Part shown: one piece after another, positions 51,373 through 63,346 of the stretch
Layout of the letters: each line of letters starts with the position of its first letter
How positions within the stretch are numbered: position 1 is the stretch's first letter
Source of the DNA: Deltaproteobacteria bacterium
GTDB taxonomy: Bacteria > Myxococcota_A > Polyangia > Polyangiales > Houyiibacteriaceae
DNA length: 64,000 nt
NCBI GenBank assembly: GCA_034670305.1
Contig: JAXMNT010000015.1
Span: 1 to 64,000, forward strand
Direction: 5' to 3'
Position numbers and translations under genes: made by a program
Notes under the pieces: generated by a model
What the model saw: only the letters and a program-made list of their open reading frames with translations
What the model was told of the DNA's origin: nothing
The model's database searches: none

Positions 51373-51406
51373 CGCGCGCGTTCCCGAAAAAACGGGAACG
51401 CACACG
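51373..51406 (-). other. 14-bp RNA hairpin with U6 loop in the leader of the 51253 gene
   Basis: CGUGUGCGUUCCCG/CGGGAACGCGCGCG; two G-U pairs work only on the minus strand. Confidence 0.65.
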
Positions 51407-51481
51407 ATCGGTTCAGGAGTGGTGCGTCTCTTCGAGCATCAGGCAGCGGAACCTAAACACGCGAACGAACGCGTCAACCCT

Positions 51482-51742
<261 letters not shown>

Positions 51743-51756
51743 TCCGCGCACCACGG

Positions 51757-53043
51757 CTACTCTTCTTCGGTCTCGCCCCTCAGCTTCGCCAGCCGCGTCC
51801 GGATGTGCGCCTCGAGCCCGCTCTGCGCCGGCTCGTAGTACCGGCGCCCGACCAGCTTTTCCGGCAAGTAGGTCGCGCCCTCGGCGTACCCGCCCTCGTC
51901 GTGCGGGTAGCGGTAGCCCTCGTGGTAGCCCCACTCCTTCATCGCTTCGGTCGGCGCGTTGCGGAGCGACATGGGCACGGGCAGCGCGCCGAACTGCTGG
52001 ATGTCCGCGCGGGCGGCCTTGAACGCCGCGTAGCTCGCGTTGGATTTGGCCGCGATGGACAAGTAGGTGCAGCACTGGGCCATGGCATGCATGGCTTCGG
52101 GCAAGCCGAGCCGGGCCAGCGCCTGGTCGGCCGCGATCGCGAGCTGCAGCGCGCGTGGGTCCGCGTTGCCAACGTCTTCGCTCGCAAAGATGATGAGCCG
52201 CCGCATGACGAACCGCGGATCTTCACCGGCGTCGAGCATGCGCATCATCCAGTAGAGCGCGGCGTCGGGGTCGGAGCCGCGCATCGATTTGATGAACGCG
52301 CTGACGACGTTGTAGTGCTCCTCGCCCGCCTTGTCGTAGAGCAGCGGCTGGGTGTCGAGCGCCGCTTGGACCGCTTCCGCATCGACCACGCGACCGTCGG
52401 CCGCCAGGGCTTCGAGCATCGTGAGTGCGCGTCGCACATCGCCGCGGCTGGCGAACGCGATCGCGGTGAGCCCTTCGTCTTCGACCTTCGCGTCCGGCAC
52501 GCCGTTCGGATCGGTGAGCGCACGGCGGAGCAGTTGCACGACGAGGTCCGGTGCCAGGGGTTCGAGACGGATGACGCGCGTTCGACTGAGAAGCGCGGCG
52601 TTCACGGCGAACGACGGGTTCTCGGTGGTCGCGCCGATCAACGTGACCGTGCCGTTCTCCACATGCGGCAGCAGCGCATCTTGCTGCGCTTTGTTGAAGC
52701 GGTGGATCTCGTCGACGAAGAGGAGCGTCTTGCGGCCGAGGCGCCGGCGCTCTTTGGCCGCGTCGAGCACTTTGCGAAGCTGCGGTACGCCGCCGAGCAC
52801 CGCGCTGAACGGTTCGAACGTGGAGGAGGTCTCGTGCGCGATGACGCGCGCAAGCGTCGTCTTGCCGGTGCCTGGTGGGCCCCACAGCAGGAGCGACGGC
52901 ACCTTGTCGGCGCGAATGAGCCGACCGAGCAACGCGCTGCTTCCGATGGCTGCGTCTTGTCCCACGACCTCCGAGAGGCGTTTCGGGCGCATGCGCTCTG
53001 CCAAAGGCGCGTCTGTTTCCGCCTGACGATCGAAGAGATCCAC
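51757..53043 (-). CDS. rarA: Replication-associated recombination protein A (RarA/MgsA)
   Basis: PLAERMRP, WGPPGTGKTT, DEIHRFNKAQQD, GATTENP, SAFIKSMRGSDPDA, SEDVGNADP. Confidence 0.96.
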   Translation of the reverse strand: MDLFDRQAETDAPLAERMRPKRLSEVVGQDAAIGSSALLGRLIRADKVPSLLLWGPPGTGKTTLARVIAHETSSTFEPFSAVLGGVPQLRKVLDAAKERRRLGRKTLLFVDEIHRFNKAQQDALLPHVENGTVTLIGATTENPSFAVNAALLSRTRVIRLEPLAPDLVVQLLRRALTDPNGVPDAKVEDEGLTAIAFASRGDVRRALTMLEALAADGRVVDAEAVQAALDTQPLLYDKAGEEHYNVVSAFIKSMRGSDPDAALYWMMRMLDAGEDPRFVMRRLIIFASEDVGNADPRALQLAIAADQALARLGLPEAMHAMAQCCTYLSIAAKSNASYAAFKAARADIQQFGALPVPMSLRNAPTEAMKEWGYHEGYRYPHDEGGYAEGATYLPEKLVGRRYYEPAQSGLEAHIRTRLAKLRGETEEE

Positions 53044-53049
53044 CGCGGG

Positions 53050-53079
53050 AGCCTTCGGCTTGGTCGAGAGCGCTGTCAA
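53050..53079 (-). promoter_or_regulatory. Candidate sigma70 promoter of rarA
   Basis: Perfect TTGACA, 18 nt, AAGGCT, 6 nt, GTG start. Confidence 0.5.
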
Positions 53080-53337
53080 GCGCATCGACGCGCCGAAACG
53101 GAGCACGGCGAAGCACGGACGTCAGCAGGACGAGGTTCTGGGGGTGACCGCCGGGTCCCATCGAGCGCAGCACGGACCAGATCGCATCGGGTGTGGCCAA
53201 TCGACCCGCCAGCGCGACATCCATGTCCGGGCGCTGTGGTCAAAACTACGCAGCATCGGCGTGCTGCATGCTGAACATGCGACTGCGTGGGTGTGCGATC
53301 TGCGGGGATCGTGGCCCTGCATGGACCTCACTCTCCA

Positions 53338-53353
53338 TGGCATGCGGGTTGCA
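53338..53353 (+). promoter_or_regulatory. Sigma54 promoter upstream of the PilZ gene
   Basis: TGGCATGCGGGTTGCA, near-perfect -24/-12 consensus. Confidence 0.75.
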
Positions 53354-53423
53354 GTTCCCCAAACATCCACACCCGCGACACCCAACGTCGCGGCGACCTT
53401 CGTGGTCTCACCCGTACCGACCC

Positions 53424-53825
53424 ATGCATCTGCTTCACCTCGTTCACGATCACCAGCGACTTCTCGTGAAGTCGGACATGGTCCCGTTGAGCGCGACCGA
53501 GCGGACGTGCTTGAACGCGCTGGCCCAGGCATTGGGGTCTTCGGAAGACGTGCGACGGGACGCGCCCCGGGTGGACACCCGGCTCGAAGTGCAACTCGCG
53601 AACTGCTGCGCATTCGAAGCCGCGCTCGTGCGCGACATCTCTCGAGGCGGCTTCCGCGTGTCGACGACCCTGCGCGCACGCGTCGGAGAGCGTCTGACGC
53701 TTCACGCGCGGAGCGAAGCACAAGAAGAGTTCCTGTTCCCGGTCCGAGTGGTCTGGCACGACGGCGACGCACTGGGCCTCGAGCTCATCGGCATGCCGAC
53801 CTGCACCCTGCGCCGCGCCGCCTAG
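53424..53825 (+). CDS. PilZ domain protein
   Basis: RxxxR (RDAPR) and DxSxGG (DISRGG), RVVW....GLE. Confidence 0.85.
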   Translation: MHLLHLVHDHQRLLVKSDMVPLSATERTCLNALAQALGSSEDVRRDAPRVDTRLEVQLANCCAFEAALVRDISRGGFRVSTTLRARVGERLTLHARSEAQEEFLFPVRVVWHDGDALGLELIGMPTCTLRRAA

Positions 53826-53945
53826 AGCCCGCCCACGCCGCTGACCAAGCTTCAAGGGCAGCCACTTCGCAAACCAGGCGCTCGGCTTCAGCACTCTGGC
53901 TTGTGGGCCTCGAGCCGCCAAGCGAAGCCAGCCGCGCCGCCTGAC

Positions 53946-54530
53946 TCACCGCCACGCGAAAAGCGCGTCGACGCTGGTGGGGTCGAGGAGCGCGGGGGCG
54001 AGTTTGACCTGCGCGCTCACACCGGCGTGGGCGAAGAGCCCCACACCGCCACCCTCGAGCAGCGCTTGCCACCCGGGCGAACCGACCACGAAGGGCGCCC
54101 CTTCGAGCCGCAGCCGGACGAATCCGTCGGTGCGGTCCATCACCCGGATCCGTCCGTTCGCACGCATCGACGCGCGCCACAGATGCGGCACCAGCCGCGC
54201 CAGGTGCGAGAGGCTCTTGCCGAACGCGCGCTGCCAACTCCGCTGCAGATGCGCGAGGCGCCCCGTCGTGAGCTGATCGATGATGACGTCGCGCCCAGTC
54301 GCGACCACACGTTCCCGACCGACCTCCCTCATCCAGAGATCGATGAGCGCGGACCACGCGCTGGCCGGCACCCATTTTGGCAGCGGGTCGAGTGACTGCG
54401 CGAGCGCAGGCCGGTCCTCGGCAAGCGTACGAATGAGCGCATCCCAGCGTCCTTCTTCGAGCAAGTGCTTGCGCACCGGGTACGCGATGATCCCGAGAAT
54501 CGCCGGCTCCAGATCGGGGCGCCCGTTCAT
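53946..54530 (-). CDS. Hypothetical protein (myxobacterial small-ligand-binding-like)
   Basis: 194-aa ORF; WVP...W..L.D pattern; family uncertain. Confidence 0.6.
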   Translation of the reverse strand: MNGRPDLEPAILGIIAYPVRKHLLEEGRWDALIRTLAEDRPALAQSLDPLPKWVPASAWSALIDLWMREVGRERVVATGRDVIIDQLTTGRLAHLQRSWQRAFGKSLSHLARLVPHLWRASMRANGRIRVMDRTDGFVRLRLEGAPFVVGSPGWQALLEGGGVGLFAHAGVSAQVKLAPALLDPTSVDALFAWR

Positions 54531-54570
54531 GCGCGACTCAGGGTGTGGGCGGATTGCCGCACGGGCCGCG

Positions 54571-55107
54571 TCAGCCCTCGGGGTGGGCGGTCAGAGACGA
54601 GAGGTACTCGCCGAGTGCGTCGCTGACCGTCAGGAGGTTCGGCGTGATCTGGCGGACGAAGAAGCGCTCCACCGTGTTGGAGACCGGCGTGGCGATGAGC
54701 TCTGGCACCATCGGTACCCGGCTGAGGTCGATCTTGATCTCGCCCTGGATCTCCACCCGCGTGCGACCGCCTTCGTCGAAGAAGCGGTTGGTCCCTTCGC
54801 ACCGGACGGCCTCTGGGAACGCGTGGCTGCGCAGTTTCCAATGGCAGATCCACTCGGTGTCGTCCCAGCGCGCGAAGTCGTGCCACGAGAGCACCGGCGG
54901 GAGAATCTTGGCCGCGACCGCCGGGATCTTGGCGGCGCCATACCAGACGTTCACGAGCTCCACGATCGGCGGCGCGTCCGTGCGGGACTCCACTTCGATC
55001 TTCCGGATCCGAGGCAACGCGCCCACCAGTCGAGGCATTTCGTCGCGGTACGCGCGGTAGACCCGGCTGCGGGGATGCTCGATGAGAGCGTCGGCCTCGA
55101 TGCGCAT
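54571..55107 (-). CDS. START/SRPBCC-like protein
   Basis: HPR..VY.AYRD..P.L...LP.I..IEV; W.D.A.WD; start 55107 or 55116. Confidence 0.75.
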   Translation of the reverse strand: MRIEADALIEHPRSRVYRAYRDEMPRLVGALPRIRKIEVESRTDAPPIVELVNVWYGAAKIPAVAAKILPPVLSWHDFARWDDTEWICHWKLRSHAFPEAVRCEGTNRFFDEGGRTRVEIQGEIKIDLSRVPMVPELIATPVSNTVERFFVRQITPNLLTVSDALGEYLSSLTAHPEG

Positions 55108-55153
55108 GCGGCGCACATAGCAGGCACCGCAGGGGTCGGCACGCCGAGGCCAT

Positions 55154-55194
55154 TAAACGAAACGAGCCCGCCCGACACATGGTCGGACGGGCTC
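55154..55194 (-). terminator. Rho-independent terminator of the large Cys-rich gene
   Basis: GAGCCCGTCCGAC-loop-GTCGGGCGGGCTC followed by GTTTCGTTT. Confidence 0.75.
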
Positions 55195-55209
55195 CAGAAT
55201 CGCGATCTA

Positions 55210-58146
<2,937 letters not shown>

Positions 58147-58476
58147 CACGTCAGACTCCTCCGTCGGCTGGTACGCATGCGGGCACGCAGACCTCCCCTG
58201 ACGGTCGATCGAAGCCCCCGGTCCATGCATAGCCGACGTGGGCGCTTGGAGTCAGCCCTGTGTGGTTTGATTCAATGCGAACGTGTGAAGCATCACCGCG
58301 CGAATCCTGCACACCCCGCGCTTCAACGCCTGCCGTTGGCGAGGGACGTTTGTCGTCTGAGGGACCTCCGGCCTGCCCTCCTGGCGTCCTCCCCGACTTC
58401 GCTTCGCGCGAAGAGCTGTGCACTTAGACGGTCTTCAACGCTTGAACAGCGCTCTCGACTGCGGGACGCTGGGTGC

Positions 58477-58869
58477 ATGGTCGATGAAGTCTTGGTGGAA
58501 CAGGCGCTGACCGCGCTGGGGTGGGAGACCACGCCGCACGGCAAACGCACGCTGCGATCCGTCCACGGGACCGGAGACGACGAAGTCGTCATCTACATCC
58601 GCCGCGACGACAACTGGCTCATCGGATCGGTGGTCCCGTTCCTGAGCACGCGCGGAGACAACTCCTTCGAGCTCGGCCGCTGGTTGCTTCGAATGAACCG
58701 CGACATGCACCAGTGCAAGTTCGCCTACGACGAAGACGGCGACGTCGTGCTCACGGTCGAACTCCCCACCGAGTCCCTGGACGTCGCCGAGATCGAAGCG
58801 GCCTTCGCCGCGCTGCTCGAACACGCCCAAGCCCACCGCGCCACCCTCCGCGCCGCCGCCGGCGCGTAG
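58477..58869 (+). CDS. YbjN/T3SS-chaperone-like domain protein
   Basis: LLRMN......KFAYDEDGDVVL.VELP...LD..E. Confidence 0.75.
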   Translation: MVDEVLVEQALTALGWETTPHGKRTLRSVHGTGDDEVVIYIRRDDNWLIGSVVPFLSTRGDNSFELGRWLLRMNRDMHQCKFAYDEDGDVVLTVELPTESLDVAEIEAAFAALLEHAQAHRATLRAAAGA

Positions 58870-58877
58870 GCCAAACG

Positions 58878-58935
58878 CGGCTTCGGCTTCGGCGTCGGCT
58901 TCGGCTTCGGCACCGGCTTCGGCTTCGGCCTCGGC
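58878..58935 (+). repeat. Short (TTCGGC)n tract between convergent genes
   Basis: Directly visible. Confidence 0.9.
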
Positions 58936-60093
58936 TCAGACCGTGTACGTCCCCTTCGGCGCAGGCAGCCTCCCCGACCCACCCTCGTTCACGGGCCCCT
59001 CGTACCAGGGCTTCTTCCGATGCGCCGCGCGGACCACGAACACCGCGACGAGGAAGCACACGAACTCGAAGAGCCAGCCCCAAAACGCCACCGACGAGTT
59101 CTTGCCGAACGAGCTGAAGCGCGGCTCGGGCGGGACCAGTCGGATCATCACGGTGTCGCCGACGTCGATCGTCTGGAAAGCGTTCCGATTGATCTCGTCT
59201 TCGAACGTGCGGTCCTCTCCGTCGGACCCGTTCGCGTACGCATACTCGCGGTACTGCACCGTCGCGTTGTAGTGGTGGTGGATCGAGCCCTTGCTGCCGC
59301 GCGTCGTCCAGTGATCCGTGTCGAGCACCGTCCCGACGCGGCTCGCCCCCTGCAGAACCCGCATCGCGTAGCCGTACACGCCGATCTGCGCCACGGCCAA
59401 GAGCAGGAACGCCCACGCTGCGGCGCCGAACATTCGGTTGCCCCGCTGGCGGTGTCGATCGGAGAGCGGTTCGGCCGACACGTGGATCGGATCGCCGGCC
59501 TCTCCCCGCATCACCCAACCGCGTTTCGCATCGCGGTACCCCCCGCCCGCCTGTTTGAGCTCCGGGTCGTAGCCGTGATCGAGGTGGCCTTCGACGATCA
59601 CCTGCTCGCCCGCGGAGAGTTCCGCGGTCCGAACCCGGTTGTGCCGGGTCGGCCAGTGCATCTTGTCGAGTTGGTCCACGAGCAGCACGTCGTCGTCCGG
59701 TTCGACCCGCACGCGTTCGCCGCTCTGGAGCTTCACATAGAACGGACGGGCCACCACCGAACGGCCCGCCTCCTTCCACTTGTGGGACCAGCTGTTCTTG
59801 TACTTGTGCTCCGTGCCGACCTGCTGGATCTCAACCCTGATCGCTTCCGTTTGGTCGAACGCCAACTCCACCACACCCGCGATGTACGCGTGGCCGGGCG
59901 CGAGGATGGCGTCGGGGTCGAACAGGGTGGCGGCGCGGCGGCCATGCATCCGGGCTTGAATCCCGCGCTTGATCGCGAAGCCGATGACGTACACGGCGCC
60001 GAGCATCGTCAGCCACACCAGCAGGTGCGCGGCCGGGGGGTCGATGTGACCGGCGCTGTAGAAATTGAAGTCGGCTCCGGAGAAATGAGACAT
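58936..60093 (-). CDS. Hypothetical membrane protein (3 TM)
   Basis: TM, beta-rich soluble domain, TM, beta domain, TM. Confidence 0.7.
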   Translation of the reverse strand: MSHFSGADFNFYSAGHIDPPAAHLLVWLTMLGAVYVIGFAIKRGIQARMHGRRAATLFDPDAILAPGHAYIAGVVELAFDQTEAIRVEIQQVGTEHKYKNSWSHKWKEAGRSVVARPFYVKLQSGERVRVEPDDDVLLVDQLDKMHWPTRHNRVRTAELSAGEQVIVEGHLDHGYDPELKQAGGGYRDAKRGWVMRGEAGDPIHVSAEPLSDRHRQRGNRMFGAAAWAFLLLAVAQIGVYGYAMRVLQGASRVGTVLDTDHWTTRGSKGSIHHHYNATVQYREYAYANGSDGEDRTFEDEINRNAFQTIDVGDTVMIRLVPPEPRFSSFGKNSSVAFWGWLFEFVCFLVAVFVVRAAHRKKPWYEGPVNEGGSGRLPAPKGTYTV

Positions 60094-60266
60094 CCGCTGC
60101 GGCACGACGCGAAGGGTACCCCAGGTCCGCGTCCGCGAGCCCCGCCCGGAGAAGAGGCCGCGGGTTCCACACCCGGCCATTCGATGGTACCCCGCGGTCC
60201 AGGCTGCGAAGTCGCAGCCCCAGCCTTTTCGGGCCCAGCCCTCGCTCGGGGGACCAAGGAGATCTC

Positions 60267-61478
60267 ATGCGCAGCGCCGTTCTATTCATCGTGTTGGCCA
60301 CGCTCATCGGCTGCCCCCCGCCCGGAGGCGGCGGCTCCCGAAACAGTGGCGGTGGTGGCGGTGGTGGCGGCACGAGCGGCGGCGACTCCGGCCAGCTGAG
60401 CAACCGGTGCGCGACCGCTCGGTTCGGTGCATCGAGCGCGGCGCTCCGGGTCCAGACGTTCTTGGGCGCCACCGCCCGCTTCACCAGTGCCACCTCCGAG
60501 CTGCAGGCGTCGCTGTTCAACCTGTGCCGCGGCGTCGGTGGATCGCTGGGCATGAGCGAGGCCGAACTCGCCGGGGACATGCGCGCCACATGCGACGCGG
60601 TGGCCGCAAAAGTACGCGAGGAGATTCGCCTCTACAAAGAGGAGTCGAACACCGAGATCCGCATCGTGACCACGCCGCCGCGCTGCGAGGTGAGCGTGGA
60701 CGCCTACGCCGGATGCGTCGCCGAGTGCGACGTCAACGTCCAGCCGGGCGAACTCGAGGTCCAGTGCGAAGGCGGAGAGATCTACGGCCAGTGCAGCGCC
60801 GAGTGTCAGGGCTCCTGCGAGGTCGAAGTCCAAGGCGCATGCACCGGCATGTGCGAAGGCAGCTGCCAGGGCGGCTGCACCGGCACCTGTCAGGGAACCT
60901 GCGAAGGGGCGTGCTCCTCGCGCGGTTCCGACGGTCAGTGCAACGGCACCTGCGACGGCACCTGCCACGGCACCTGCTCGGCCGGCTGTCAGGGCAGCTG
61001 CGAAGGTTCGTGCTGGGTCGAAGGCCAGGCCAGCTGCGAGGGCAGCTGTCGCGGAGGATGTTCGGTCGAGTACGAACGCCCGCAGTGCACCACCGACTAC
61101 ACGCCGCCGCAGGTCGACGCGGACTGCCACGCGTCATGCGACGCCCGCTTTCAGGCCGAAGCGCGGTGCACCCCCGGTCGGGTCGACGTGAACGTGAGTG
61201 GTGACGCCGCTGCCGGCGCGGAACGGCTCGCGCGGCTGCGCGCGGCGTTCACCCAGTTCGCCGAACTCGGGGTGCTCAAAGAACGCGCGCGTCGGGTGAA
61301 ACACGCGGGTGAAGAACTGGTCGCGAGCGCGCGTCGCCTCCGTGGTGTCGCCGAAGCCGGGGCCGGCGCCATCGCGTGCATCGCGGAATCCGCCCTCGTA
61401 CTGCCGAACGCACTCGCGTCGGTGAGCGTCAGCGTCGAAGTCAGCGTCAGCGTCAGCGCGTCTGCGACGGTGGAGTAA
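60267..61478 (+). CDS. Cys-rich lipoprotein with (CxGx)n repeats
   Basis: AGGAG SD; LIGC lipobox; long CxGx repeat run flanked by helices. Confidence 0.85.
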   Translation: MRSAVLFIVLATLIGCPPPGGGGSRNSGGGGGGGGTSGGDSGQLSNRCATARFGASSAALRVQTFLGATARFTSATSELQASLFNLCRGVGGSLGMSEAELAGDMRATCDAVAAKVREEIRLYKEESNTEIRIVTTPPRCEVSVDAYAGCVAECDVNVQPGELEVQCEGGEIYGQCSAECQGSCEVEVQGACTGMCEGSCQGGCTGTCQGTCEGACSSRGSDGQCNGTCDGTCHGTCSAGCQGSCEGSCWVEGQASCEGSCRGGCSVEYERPQCTTDYTPPQVDADCHASCDARFQAEARCTPGRVDVNVSGDAAAGAERLARLRAAFTQFAELGVLKERARRVKHAGEELVASARRLRGVAEAGAGAIACIAESALVLPNALASVSVSVEVSVSVSASATVE

Positions 61479-61480
61479 CC

Positions 61481-62167
61481 ATGCCGACCACCATGATCGT
61501 AGGCGGCAACCGCGGCATCGGGTTCGAGCTGGTGCGTCAGCTCCATCTTCGCGACCACCGCGTCATCGCCACGTGCCGCAAGTCCAGCGCCGCGCTCGAT
61601 GCGCTCACGACCAGCACCGAGGGCAAACACCCGGTGCAGTTGGAGGCCGGGGTCGACGTCACGAAGGACGACTCGGTGGCGGCGCTGGCCGAGCGACTGA
61701 AGGACCGAAAGCTCAACGAGCTCATCGTGAGCGCAGGCGTGTTGCGGCAGGAGTCGCTCGACAACCTGGACTTCGACTCCATCCGGTTTCAGTTCGAAGT
61801 GAACACCCTCGGACCGCTGCGGGTGATCGCGGGCGTGCGGCACCTGATGCGCGACGGCGGCAAAATCGGGATCATGACCTCGCGCATGGGGTCGATCACC
61901 GACAACACCTCGGGTGGTTCCTACGGCTACCGGATCTCGAAGTGCGCGGTGAACATCGTGGGCGTCTCCCTCGCGCACGACCTTCGAGACCGCGAGATCT
62001 CCGTGGTCATGCTCCACCCAGGCTTCGTGAAAACCGAGATGACCGGGGGCCGTGGCCACCTGGAACCCGAGGAATCGGCTCGACTCCTGCTGGATCGGTT
62101 CGCGGACCTCGACCTCGATGCGAGCGGCAGCTTCTGGCACGCGGACGGCGAAGAGCTCCCCTGGTGA
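61481..62167 (+). CDS. Short-chain dehydrogenase/reductase, CsgA (C-signal)-like family
   Basis: GGNRGIG, TSRMGS, YRISK (YxxxK), HPGFVKT.M, ends LPW; orthology to csgA not established. Confidence 0.9.
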   Translation: MPTTMIVGGNRGIGFELVRQLHLRDHRVIATCRKSSAALDALTTSTEGKHPVQLEAGVDVTKDDSVAALAERLKDRKLNELIVSAGVLRQESLDNLDFDSIRFQFEVNTLGPLRVIAGVRHLMRDGGKIGIMTSRMGSITDNTSGGSYGYRISKCAVNIVGVSLAHDLRDREISVVMLHPGFVKTEMTGGRGHLEPEESARLLLDRFADLDLDASGSFWHADGEELPW

Positions 62168-62239
62168 CCCCTGGGACTGCGCCGCCCAAGGGCTGGCGCA
62201 ATTGACCCGAACTCGGAAAGTGGCCAGGATGAAGGGACG

Positions 62240-62977
62240 ATGAACACCCGCTGGCTCCTCCTGGCCCCCATCGTGGCGGCCCTCGCATTCGCGAGCGAAC
62301 GAGGCCGAGCGGACGAGCCCGTGGTGGTGGTCATCGAGTCCAACTACGCGCAGCTCCAAGCCGGCACGATCCGCCGCCAGATCGAAGACGCTGGGCTGCC
62401 CGCACTCACCCTCGCGGAGGACGCCGCACGGGGCACCGACACGGTGACCATCGTCGTGGACGCGAGCGGCGACAGCGCGACGGTTCGACTGCGGGGCCAG
62501 ACCGCCATCGATGCCAGTTTCCGGCGCGGCAACCGCACCGCCGCCGCATGGCTCGCGGAGGACGTGGTCAACCTCGTCCGTCGCACCCGCCCCGCGGGCA
62601 CACACACCACGACACCCGTCGAGGTCGCGCGGGTTCCCGTCGGCGGCGAGGTCCTCGATCCCTGGTCCGATGGCCCCGCCCGTCCCCGGGCCGAGGCGCC
62701 GACGCCGCGCCACCGGAGCCGCACGGACACGGAGGTGCTCGATCCCTGGGGTCCCCGCAGAGCCGATGATCGGGCCCCACAGGCTGCGACGGCCGAGGTG
62801 CGCCGCGTGCCGCCGGTGGAGGTGCTCGATCCCTGGTCGGATGCGCCCTCTCGACCGACGCGCGTGCGTCCGGTTCGACGCGCGCCGGACCGCCCGCGTC
62901 CCGTCCAGAGCGAAGTGCTCGACCCGTGGCGCACCGAGCCCGCCGCTCGGTTGGCGCCGCCGCGACCGCACCGCTAG
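62240..62977 (+). CDS. Secreted hypothetical protein with four EVLDPW repeats
   Basis: Signal peptide, small globular domain, Pro/Arg-rich tail with EVLDPW x4. Confidence 0.75.
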   Translation: MNTRWLLLAPIVAALAFASERGRADEPVVVVIESNYAQLQAGTIRRQIEDAGLPALTLAEDAARGTDTVTIVVDASGDSATVRLRGQTAIDASFRRGNRTAAAWLAEDVVNLVRRTRPAGTHTTTPVEVARVPVGGEVLDPWSDGPARPRAEAPTPRHRSRTDTEVLDPWGPRRADDRAPQAATAEVRRVPPVEVLDPWSDAPSRPTRVRPVRRAPDRPRPVQSEVLDPWRTEPAARLAPPRPHR

Positions 62978-62987
62978 GACGGGGTCG

Positions 62988-63230
62988 ATGCGACCTCCTG
63001 CCCAGGCACTGCTCGACGTGCCCGACGACGACCTCGAGACACTGCTGCGCGCGGTGCACCGCGGTCAGATCGAGTTTCCTCTGACCCGAGCCACGCTGCT
63101 CAACTGGGGCAAGCACCGCCTGGCCGAGGATGGCGACCTGTTGGTCGGGCTCGACGAAGCCGGCCTTCGTGCGGTGCTCGCGGCGGTCCTGGCGGAACGC
63201 CGCCGCGGCCGCCCGACCTCCGCCGAATAG
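62988..63230 (+). CDS. Small helical hypothetical protein (80 aa)
   Basis: MRPPAQALLDVPDDDLETLLRAVHRG...AVLAERRR; good codon pattern. Confidence 0.65.
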   Translation: MRPPAQALLDVPDDDLETLLRAVHRGQIEFPLTRATLLNWGKHRLAEDGDLLVGLDEAGLRAVLAAVLAERRRGRPTSAE

Positions 63231-63346
63231 CCACCGTCCGCCGCCACCACCCAGGACGGGTGCCGAAGGGCCCTCTCGCGAAGCGCGCAGGGCCGTCGGG
63301 GGAGGGAACGCTTGGCGCGAACGCGCGGAGCCTCTACAACCCCCGC

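Noticed and set aside
53110-53330. Possible c-di-GMP riboswitch upstream of the PilZ gene
   Set aside because: No recognisable GEMM core; the region lies upstream of the sigma54 promoter
60780-61100. Cys-rich run as a multihaem cytochrome or RiPP precursor
   Set aside because: Cys spacing is CxxxC rather than CxxCH; it has a lipoprotein signal and no maturases nearby
62648-62929. Repeat-spacer DNA pattern as a CRISPR array
   Set aside because: 18-bp repeats are in frame, vary synonymously and have 66-75-nt gaps, so this is a protein repeat; the same applies to 10031-10285
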